Below, piece after piece: positions 1 through 6,647 of a stretch of DNA of 10,944 bases (the stretch's first letter is position 1; each line of letters starts with the position of its first letter). Under the pieces are notes generated by a model, which did no database searches, was not told the origin of the DNA, and saw only the letters and a program-made list of their open reading frames with translations. Position numbers and translations under genes: made by a program. Source of the stretch: Nitrospinota bacterium (GTDB lineage Bacteria > UBA8248); the NCBI GenBank assembly GCA_046581755.1, contig JAYGFR010000344.1, forward strand, positions 1 through 10,944, read 5' to 3'.

Positions 1-370
1 TGTAGGCCAACACATCGTCGCGTCGGAAGCGGAGGCTCTTGAAGGAGGGGAAATCCTCGGGGCGGCGCGGGTCCTTCCGGAGAGCGGGCCGGCGCAGGTA
101 GACCAGTTTAAGCGTAGGACGCTCGGTGGCGCAATCCTCGGCCACGATCAGGTCCACGCTCCGCACGCTTTTGTATCCCAGCACCTTGGCCAGCATCGCC
201 TTGGTGAGCAGCGCCTCATCGGCCAAAATCTGCGAGGCCGGACGGAGGTCCACCCGGGTCCGGACCGGTGGGTTTTTCCGCTTGGGTCCCGATTTTCGGG
301 ACGTGATTTTTTTTCTCGCCCCCCCGCCACCGCCGGATACCGGACGCGCCCCGAAACCGGCGCGCGCCAT
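1..370 (-). CDS. Excisionase/MerR-like helix-turn-helix DNA-binding protein, partial (runs off left edge)
   Basis: Hand translation from ATG 370 is open to the edge: MARAGFGARPVSGGGGGARKKITSRKSGPKRKNPPVRTRVDLRPASQILADEALLTKAMLAKVLGYKSVRSVDLIVAEDCATERPTLKLVYLRRPALRKDPRRPEDFPSFKSLRFRRDDVLAY. LLTxxxLAxxLG...LRFRRDDV is the HTH_17/Xis-type pattern. GAGG lies upstream, and the start overlaps the upstream stop (TGATG). Confidence 0.65.
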   Translation of the reverse strand, partial: MARAGFGARPVSGGGGGARKKITSRKSGPKRKNPPVRTRVDLRPASQILADEALLTKAMLAKVLGYKSVRSVDLIVAEDCATERPTLKLVYLRRPALRKDPRRPEDFPSFKSLRFRRDDVLAY

Positions 371-525
371 CAGGCCACCGCCTCGGCGAGGGGCAAAATG
401 CGGCACTCACCGGGCCGGATTTTTTTCAGCCGGATACCCTCGGCGGCCCGGGTCTCGGCCGTGGCCCGGTTCGGGTAAAGCTGGACAACCGCGCGGTCGC
501 GCTTCCGCTCGCGGTAGGTCAGCAC
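370..525 (-). CDS. Small hypothetical protein (51 aa, MLTYRERKRDRAVVQLYPNRATAETRAAEGIRLKKIRPGECRILPLAEAVA)
   Basis: GTG start at 525 overlaps the end of the upstream ORF (GTGCTGA), and its TGA overlaps the downstream ATG (TGATG). Third codon positions are GC-rich. Confidence 0.45.
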   Translation of the reverse strand: MLTYRERKRDRAVVQLYPNRATAETRAAEGIRLKKIRPGECRILPLAEAVA

Positions 526-614
526 CACTCCCTACGCGGGCAGCCGAGTCCCTCGTCCATCAAGTCCCGAAGCTCCCGCTCATGCTCCCCGATATAGGAT
601 GCGTGGTCGTTCAT
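519..614 (-). CDS. Small hypothetical peptide (31 aa, MNDHASYIGEHERELRDLMDEGLGCPRREWC)
   Basis: Strong SD AAAGGAG precedes ATG 614 (aaaggagaaatcgccATG). This is the internal start of track ORF 519..713. Confidence 0.45.
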   Translation of the reverse strand: MNDHASYIGEHERELRDLMDEGLGCPRREWC

Positions 615-779
615 GGCGATTTCTCCTTTCCACGGGTGAAAGATGGTCCGGGCGGCCCGCGAAATGGTGGGATTGAGATGTTCTCTAGATGGGGCGCCGG
701 AAGATTCGGGCATGCGTCTTTTATCCTCCGGCGCTTCGGATGGAGATGAGGTGGGAATTTGACGGGACGGGCCGCCCGG

Positions 780-826
780 CCAAAATCAAATTCCAGGTCC
801 AAATTCCAAATCCGAATCCGAATCCG
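780..826 (+). repeat. Degenerate 6-7 nt tandem repeat (AAATCC/GAATCC/AAATTCC)
   Basis: ccaaaatcaaattccaggtccaaattccaaatccgaatccgaatccg. Confidence 0.5.
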
Positions 827-878
827 GCGGAAGGGAAGCCCCTCATAGCCGGCTCATCCCGCCCCTTGCGGCGAGATG

Positions 879-950
879 ATTACAAAGCGAAACATATACT
901 AAAATATATACTACATTAACATATATTGTTCATATATGTATATAATCTGT
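879..950. promoter_or_regulatory. AT-rich island between divergent transcription units, probable promoter/operator region
   Basis: TATAAT at 941-946, ATATACTA direct repeats at 894-901 and 906-913, dyad AACA-N5-TGTT at 918-930, all in otherwise GC-rich DNA. Confidence 0.5.
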
Positions 951-1156
951 AGCCGTCCCCCTATATCATTGAAACAAAACCCCCTCGGGAATCCGTTTGC
1001 CGGAGCGCCTCCTCCCGGAGCGGCATCCCGCTGCCGGGCCGAATCCGGCTGCCGGGCCGCACCGCGAGCCGGATTATGGATAGGGCTCCCGATCGGGGGA
1101 ATTGTGCTTTATATTGAGGGGATGGAACTTCACCGAACGAGGGACGGAGGAGAGCG

Positions 1157-1654
1157 ATGAAACTGGACGCATGGATTCGATTGTCCGCCGCCGCTCTTAT
1201 CCTGGCGGGAGGAGCGGCGTCCGCGGCTGAATCAAAACTCGATCGAAAGCCCGTCTCGGCGGCCGAATTTTGGGCCTACCGCCGGGCGGGGAAATCTCCG
1301 CCGGACACCCCCAAGCCGCCCTCCGCGAAGGACCCCGCCGTCAATCTCACCTGGCACCAGGCCAACGGATTCTGCGCCTCCAAGCACAAGCGCCTCCCCT
1401 CGGTTCAGGAGTGGATCGCCGCCTGCCAGGCGCGAACCATCCGATTTCCCTGGTGGATATGGGAGTGGACCTCCACCGACGCGGGGAAAAGAGGGGCCGG
1501 CTTCAAGACGCTCTGCGGTCCGGGGCCGGTCACCTGCGGGTGCACCCACTCCTACCACACCACCTGGGCCAATCAGGTCAAGGGATTCCGCTGCGCGCGC
1601 TCCCGGCCGAGCGTGCGCCTCGGGCTCCCGCCAACGCCGCCCCAGCCGCAGTGA
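1157..1654 (+). CDS. Secreted minimal SUMF1/FGE-sulfatase-domain (C-type lectin fold) protein
   Basis: SD GGAGG; signal peptide ending ASA-AES; family motifs PAVNLTWHQANGFC, KRLPSVQEW, WEWT, GFRCAR; Pro-rich tail. Confidence 0.8.
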   Translation: MKLDAWIRLSAAALILAGGAASAAESKLDRKPVSAAEFWAYRRAGKSPPDTPKPPSAKDPAVNLTWHQANGFCASKHKRLPSVQEWIAACQARTIRFPWWIWEWTSTDAGKRGAGFKTLCGPGPVTCGCTHSYHTTWANQVKGFRCARSRPSVRLGLPPTPPQPQ

Positions 1655-1753
1655 CCGCCGGGGCCTTCCCTGATACGCTCCATCATTCCGGATTTTCAAA
1701 CGCAACGCGCCCGCCCCCTCACCGAGGACGGGCCGCCATGAAAGGGGAGCCTC

Positions 1754-2143
1754 ATGCCGTTTTATAAAATCTCCGAGATGGAATCGAAACCCTCCACCTC
1801 CGGCCCGGCGATGGCGAAATCGGTCGCGGGCGAGTTGATGAAGGCCGGGGTCGTCACCTACCAGGACGGCGAGGGCCCGACGCCCCACTTCCATCCCAAC
1901 GAGGAGCAGTTCATGCTCATGATCGAGGGGCGGATGAGCATGATTCTCGGCGAGGAGCAGCGGACCATCGAGGCGGGCGACCTGATTCACATCCCCCGCA
2001 ACACGCGGCACGGCGTCGTCGCCCACGGCGGGCCGGCCGTGTTCTTCGCCGTGAAAAGCCCCTGCGGGGACGGCACCCTGGATCAGGACTACAACCGGGC
2101 GGCGGACGCCGACGAGGTGCTCAAACGCCTGAGCCGGGGCTGA
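1754..2143 (+). CDS. Cupin domain protein
   Basis: Cupin motif 1 PHFHPNEEQFMLMIEG and motif 2 GDLIHIPRNTRH; SD GGGGAG. Confidence 0.9.
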   Translation: MPFYKISEMESKPSTSGPAMAKSVAGELMKAGVVTYQDGEGPTPHFHPNEEQFMLMIEGRMSMILGEEQRTIEAGDLIHIPRNTRHGVVAHGGPAVFFAVKSPCGDGTLDQDYNRAADADEVLKRLSRG

Positions 2144-2177
2144 GGCGCCCCGGCGGGAACGGTCCGGGTCCGGCGCG

Positions 2178-3056
2178 TCACCGGCTCCGGAGCATGTCGA
2201 TAAACCGCTTCACGGTCAGAGGGAGCTGTTTTCGCTTGCGGTGGATGAGAACGATGGGCCGGACCAGATCCTCCCGATCAATCGGGATCGCCCGCAGGCT
2301 CCGCATGGCGATCTCTTTCTGGAAAACCGGTTCGGGAAGAATGCTCACCCCCGCCCCGAGCAGAACGCCCTCCTTGATGCTCTCGACGTTGTCGAACTCC
2401 ATGACCACATCCACGCGCGAATGTTCCTGGCGGAAAACCCGGTCGATGGCCTTGCGGATGCCCAGGTCGGGGTCGAAGGCGACGAAGGGCGCGCCGTCCA
2501 GGTCGGCGCACCGCACGCTTTTGCTATTCGCCAGGGGATGCGACGGGAGACACACCAGGCGGAGGGGTTCCTTCCAGAGCGGGACCACGGCGAGGGAGCG
2601 GTGGGCGGCGGGATAGGAGATGAGCCCCACATCGGCCAGATCCCCCTCGACCGAGCGGACAACCTCGTTCGGGTGGAGACACTCGAGGCGAACGCGCGCG
2701 TCCGGATAGGCGATCCGGAACCGCTGCATGTAGACGCCCATGTCGTGCAGGCCGACCGAGTAGATGGCCGCGACGCGGACGGTCCCCTCGACGCGGCGCT
2801 TCTCCTGGGCCACCTCGTTGCAAACCTGATCGAACCCCTCCAGCAGCTCCCGGCAGGCCCTGTAGAAGATCTCGCCCTGGGGGGTCACCGTGAAGGGCCT
2901 CTTGCTCCTGTCCAGGAGCACCGCGTCCAGGCTCTCCTCCAACTGGCGCACCCCCTGACTCGCCGCCGATTGGGTCACTCCACTCTCCCGGGCCCCGCGC
3001 GAGAAGCTGTTGGTCCGGACCACATGGCAAAAGAGGCGAAGCGTTTCGATATTCAT
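2178..3056 (-). CDS. LysR-family transcriptional regulator (context suggests a GltC-like role)
   Basis: MNIETLRLF...SFSRGARESGVTQSAASQGVRQLEESL...LLDRS...TPQG HTH, followed by a substrate-binding domain (292 aa). ATG 3056 fits the family N-terminus better than the track start at 3083. Confidence 0.95.
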   Translation of the reverse strand: MNIETLRLFCHVVRTNSFSRGARESGVTQSAASQGVRQLEESLDAVLLDRSKRPFTVTPQGEIFYRACRELLEGFDQVCNEVAQEKRRVEGTVRVAAIYSVGLHDMGVYMQRFRIAYPDARVRLECLHPNEVVRSVEGDLADVGLISYPAAHRSLAVVPLWKEPLRLVCLPSHPLANSKSVRCADLDGAPFVAFDPDLGIRKAIDRVFRQEHSRVDVVMEFDNVESIKEGVLLGAGVSILPEPVFQKEIAMRSLRAIPIDREDLVRPIVLIHRKRKQLPLTVKRFIDMLRSR

Positions 3057-3063
3057 GGGGAGA

Positions 3064-3105
3064 ATTATATATACTATTAACACACCTTATGCAATATTTT
3101 AATAA
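3064..3105 (-). promoter_or_regulatory. LysR promoter (-35 TTGCAT 3094-3089, -10 TATAAT 3069-3064) overlapped by LysR-type box TTAT-N11-ATAA (3087-3105)
   Basis: Hexamers read directly from the sequence (19-nt spacer, non-optimal). A dyad T-N11-A is the canonical LTTR recognition motif. Confidence 0.55.
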
Positions 3106-3221
3106 TTTTGGATTTTCTTATTATTCGGCACCGTGTATGGCGCTCGGTTCCTATGGGAAGAGGCCCCTTTTCCGCCTGGGGAAAGGAACTTGGCTTCGCT
3201 AACATAAAGCCATGTATATCA

Positions 3222-3551
3222 ATGATTTCAAGCGCCAAAAAAACCGGCTCCGGTCTCTACGGCCCTGCGCTTGAGCACGACGCCCACGGCGCCGGCTTCG
3301 CGGTGGATCTCCGGGGCCAAATATCGGCGAAAATCGTGGGCCAGGCCCGAACCGGTCTCACAAACCTCTCCCACCGGGGGGCAACCGGGGCCGAGGAGAA
3401 CACGGGTGACGGTCCGGACGGGAGGCCAGGCGTCCCGGTAGCGGCCCGGTATTCCGGAACGAACATCCAGAGATGGATCTCCCGGGAGCGGATTCTCCGA
3501 TCCGGGTTTCCCCGAAAATTTTTCTGGAATTTTTTCGAAATTTTTTTTTAG
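3222..3551 (+). pseudogene. gltB: 5' remnant of glutamate synthase large subunit
   Basis: Frame reads GLYGPALEHDAHGAGFAVDLRGQISAKIVGQARTGLTNLSHRGATGAEENTGDG, matching the GltB N-terminal pattern GLYDP..EHDACGVGF......SH.IV..AL..L.NL.HRGA.G....TGDGAG. Similarity fades after ~3415-3495 and the frame stops at 3551. Confidence 0.85.
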
Positions 3552-4426
3552 AAACGCCAGCCCAGCCGATCGGCCACGCGCAGGACGATGTCGGATTTGT
3601 TCAGGCTGTAGATATGGATGTGGCGAACGCCCGCCTCGATCAGCTCTCCGATCTGCTCCGCCGACAGGTCCGCCGATTTTTCCCGGAAACCCTTCGGGTC
3701 CTCCCGGTAGGGCTCGAGCGCGGCGATCACCCGTTCCGGCACGCTCGCCCCGCACATGGCCGCAAAGCGGACCACCTGATCGATGTCGCGCACCGGAAGA
3801 ATTCCCGGCGCGACCGGAATCCCGAGCCCCCGGCGGGCGGTCTCCTCGATGAAATCGAAATAATCGGCGTTCTCGAAGAAAAACTGGGTCGCGGCGTAAT
3901 CGGCCCCGGCCTCGGCCTTGGCGAGGAAATGCTCCAGGTCCCGCGCCCGGTCCAGCGTCTCGGGATGGCCCTCGGGATAACCGGCCACTCCGATGGAGGA
4001 GACCCCGCCCAGCTCCCTCAGCCAGCGGACGAGATCGACGGCGTAGCGGAACCCCCCGGCCGCGGCCTCCTCGCGCGTCATCCCCTCGGGGATGTCCCCC
4101 CGGAGCGCCATGATGTCGCCCATGCCGCTCTTCAGGTAGACCGCCAGCAGGCTGGAGAGCGACTCCTCGTCCGCCCCCACGCAGGTCAGGTGGGCCACCA
4201 CCCGGCCCGGATAGCGTTTGGCCAGATCGAGGACAAGGTTCAGCGTGCCCTCCCGCGTCGAGCCCCCGGCGCCGTAGGTGACCGAGGTGAAGGCGACCCG
4301 CATCCCCTCCTGAATGCGCCCCACCTCCTCCACCAGCCGCGCCGCCGCCGCCTCGGTCTTGGGCGGGAACAACTCGATCGAAACGCTCGTCCCGGAGGAT
4401 CTGATCTCATCGACGATATCGGACAT
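3548..4426 (-). CDS. metF: 5,10-methylenetetrahydrofolate reductase
   Basis: Motifs ELFPPK, SVTYGAGG, HLTC, ALRGD, VAGYPEGH, GADYAATQFFF, PGILP, HIYSLN; SD GGAG. Confidence 0.97.
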   Translation of the reverse strand: MSDIVDEIRSSGTSVSIELFPPKTEAAAARLVEEVGRIQEGMRVAFTSVTYGAGGSTREGTLNLVLDLAKRYPGRVVAHLTCVGADEESLSSLLAVYLKSGMGDIMALRGDIPEGMTREEAAAGGFRYAVDLVRWLRELGGVSSIGVAGYPEGHPETLDRARDLEHFLAKAEAGADYAATQFFFENADYFDFIEETARRGLGIPVAPGILPVRDIDQVVRFAAMCGASVPERVIAALEPYREDPKGFREKSADLSAEQIGELIEAGVRHIHIYSLNKSDIVLRVADRLGWRF

Positions 4427-4553
4427 CGAAACGCTCCATCCGGTTCACAAAATCTCATAACACCAGTAAAAACAAACCATCGTCTTATACAGGAGTCCCG
4501 CCCCGGAAGGTAGCCCCGGCGATCATCTCAAACCGCACACACGCATCGAGACG

Positions 4554-4579
4554 AAAAAAACCGGAGAAAGGTCCGCCGG
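4554..4579 (-). terminator. Possible intrinsic terminator of the PASTA gene
   Basis: Minus strand CCGGCGGA-cct-TTCTCCGG-TTTTTTT: imperfect stem followed by 7 U. Confidence 0.45.
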
Positions 4580-4613
4580 GGGGGTTATACCTTCTACGAG
4601 ACTTCTTCAGGAT

Positions 4614-5684
4614 TTAGTTCGCCGAACCGCCAACTCCGAAGGATCGGGCGCAACCCGTCCTCGCTCCGGCGTTTTTCAACTGCCTGCAAAGGGTGAGGCC
4701 TCTTCGCCGAGACAAAATCATAGCCCTCCTCGCCGCATTGATCTTCGCCTGGAGAGGAGATATCGCCTGAAAGTGGTAAACCCGGAGTTTGACAATCGTT
4801 CCGCGAGGTACGCTCGTACCCGACCGGATTGACTGGGAGACAACGCGGCCGCCGAGGCCTCTATTGCTCGTTTTGACGTAGGCCGAAACACGGGGGAGGA
4901 GGCCAGCCTTGCCAAGTGTGGCACGCGCGGCGGCATACGGCTGCCGGAGAACGTTGGGAACCTTCGTTCGCGCGGGAGCCCCATACCGGAACACACGGAG
5001 CGCGACAACCGTTCCGCGAAAAACGCTCGTACCCGGCCGGGGAGACTGGGTGGCTACACGGCCATTCAAGTTTTTATCGCGCGTGCGGACGTTGCCCGCG
5101 CCACGGGAGTCGGGGCCAGCCTTGCCAAGGGCGGCACGCGAGGCGGCTTACGTCTGCCGGACAACGCTGGGAACCCGCACGCGCTGGGCCGCCCCGAACC
5201 GGAACACCCGGAGCGAGACAAGCGTTCCGCGCGGTACGCTCGTACCCGGCCGAATCGACTGGGAGGCCACTTTCTCGTTGAGGGCTCTATTGCTCGTCTT
5301 GACGGTGCCCGCACCGCGGGCGCGGAGACCGGCCCGGCCAAGGGCGGTACGTGCGGCGGCAAACGTCTACCGGACAACGCTGGGAACCCGCACGCGCTGG
5401 GCCGACCCGAACCGGAACACCCGGAGCGCTACAACCGTTCCGCGCGGTACGCTCGTACCCGGCCGGGGAGACTGGGAGGCCATTTTTTCAATCAGGCTTC
5501 TAATGTTCGTGTTGACGGTGCCCGCACCACGGGCGCGGAGACCGGCCCGGCCAAGGGCGGTTCGCGCAGCGGCAAACGGCTGGCGAACCACGTTGGGAAC
5601 CGTTGCGGCTTCGGCTACTACACTGACGAGGGAGAAACTGATTGCCATGGCGGCTGTCAGCATTCCCATACCCATTCGTCTCAT
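4614..5684 (-). pseudogene. Secreted protein with four PASTA domains, interrupted by two in-frame stops
   Basis: One 1071-nt frame with SD AGGAGG, a signal peptide (AEA-AT) and four units VPxVxRQxxAAARxxLGxAGL...VxxQSxRxGTSVxRGTxVxLRV. TAG at 5367-5369 and TAA at 5148-5150 are in frame with both track ORFs 5367..5684 and 4614..5069. Confidence 0.85.
4775..5600 (-). repeat. Four 213-bp (71-codon) tandem repeats
   Basis: Equivalent Gln codon at 5580, 5367 (TAG), 5154 and 4941. Segments 5157-5215 and 5370-5428 match at 58/59 nt. Confidence 0.95.
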
Positions 5685-6016
5685 CTTCTGTCCCTCCTAG
5701 GATTTTGTGAGATTCATGAATGAAAAGAACATGGAACCTTCCGGCAAACGAGTATATTCTGGTAATGGATCATTCATCTTGCTGTACCTATACTGGCTAA
5801 TGCGCTCAACATGCCACATTTCGATATTTTACAAAGGTTAGAATTTCAGCCGCATCCCATAGTATCTGTGCCGAACCGGGCGGCGGCCCACTGGCCCCTG
5901 CCCGCGCGGTCTGTTCGGAATGGGCCCGGAAATTTTGGGGATCATTACGGTCGGGCGGGAGGTATCTTTATCGGCGGAGGTCCGAATCATGGGGGCGTTC
6001 AACGATAAAGCCGCAC

Positions 6017-6050
6017 AAAAAAACCGGCGCGGGGGGTTCCCCCGCGCCGG
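6017..6050 (-). terminator. Rho-independent terminator after the peroxiredoxin
   Basis: Perfect 12-bp GC inverted repeat (6024-6035/6039-6050) followed by 7 U on the minus strand. Confidence 0.9.
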
Positions 6051-6067
6051 ATGGGTATCGGAATTCG

Positions 6068-6532
6068 TTAGCCGAGCTTGTCCAGCGCCGCGAAGAGTTT
6101 CTCATCGTCGGGCAGGTCCGGCGGGGCCGGGGTCACCTCAGCGTGGACGACCTTGCCCTCCTTGTCGAGGAGGATGACCGCGCGGTTGCTGAAGCCGCCC
6201 TCGTGCGTGAGGCCGTAGGCCTCGACGGTGCCCTTCCCGAAAAAATCGCTCAGCAGCGGAAAGGAGATCCCGGCGCTGCCGGCCCAGGCGGCGTGGGCGA
6301 AGGGGCTGTCCACGCTGATACCCAAAACCTGGCAGTCCGCCTTCTCGAAGCGCTCGGCCTGGGCCGAGTAGGCGGGCAGTTGTTCGCTGCACACCGACGA
6401 GAAGTCGAACGGGTAGAAGCAAAGAAGCACGTTTTTCTTTCCCTTGTAATCGCTCAGCTTGATGTTGTCGCCCGCGCCCTCGGCCTGGGGCAGATCGAAA
6501 TCGGGCGCGGTGTCTCCCACGTTCAGCGCCAT
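6068..6532 (-). CDS. Peroxiredoxin, AhpE-like (AhpC/TSA family)
   Basis: VGDTAPDF, FYPFDFSSVC (PxxxSxxC), GISVDS, FPLLSDF, catalytic Arg in NRAVILLD; SD GGAGG. Confidence 0.93.
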   Translation of the reverse strand: MALNVGDTAPDFDLPQAEGAGDNIKLSDYKGKKNVLLCFYPFDFSSVCSEQLPAYSAQAERFEKADCQVLGISVDSPFAHAAWAGSAGISFPLLSDFFGKGTVEAYGLTHEGGFSNRAVILLDKEGKVVHAEVTPAPPDLPDDEKLFAALDKLG

Positions 6533-6584
6533 CGCGCTGTCCTCCCATCGCCGGGCCTGCTCTCAAGGCCCGAATCGCAGTTTT

Positions 6585-6629
6585 AAAAAACCACCGCCGG
6601 GCCGCTTCGCGCCGCCCGGATCGCGGTTT
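6585..6629 (-). terminator. Imperfect hairpin plus U-tract between sod and prx, possibly a partial terminator
   Basis: Minus strand aaaccgcgat-ccgggc-ggcgcgaagcg-gcccgg-cggtggtttttt. Confidence 0.45.
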
Positions 6630-6647
6630 CGGAAATTAACCTTCTCT

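Noticed and set aside
126..749. 207-aa plus-strand ORF
   Set aside because: Shadow of the minus-strand small-ORF operon; Pro/Arg-rich with no motifs.
1030..1059. Direct repeat GCTGCCGGGCCG x2, 18-bp period
   Set aside because: Only two GC-rich copies with no functional context.
1157..1750. Complete diversity-generating retroelement
   Set aside because: No template repeat, reverse transcriptase or avd gene in the window.
3228..3755. Minus-strand ORFs 3228..3755 and 3257..3466
   Set aside because: Better explained as antisense shadows of the gltB remnant and an alternate frame of metF.
4427..4613. SAM or SAH riboswitch upstream of metF
   Set aside because: I could not find SAM-I, SAM-II or SAH core motifs by eye; an Rfam scan would be decisive.
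5148..5369. Alternative genetic code or pyrrolysine readthrough
   Set aside because: The two stops differ (TAG for Gln, TAA for Tyr/Phe), and TAG and TAA end normal genes here (sod TAG; metF and prx TAA).
4909..5700. 263-aa plus-strand ORF across the repeats
   Set aside because: Antisense shadow; the PASTA motifs, SD and signal peptide are on the minus strand.
4445..5710. 10-bp inverted repeat TCACAAAATC (4445-4454) / GATTTTGTGA (5701-5710) flanking the PASTA gene
   Set aside because: It does not extend, 10-bp matches are expected by chance in 11 kb, and there is no transposase or invertase nearby.
5811..6177. Short plus-strand ORFs 5811..6008 and 5920..6177
   Set aside because: No SD or recognisable motif; the second crosses a terminator and overlaps prx.
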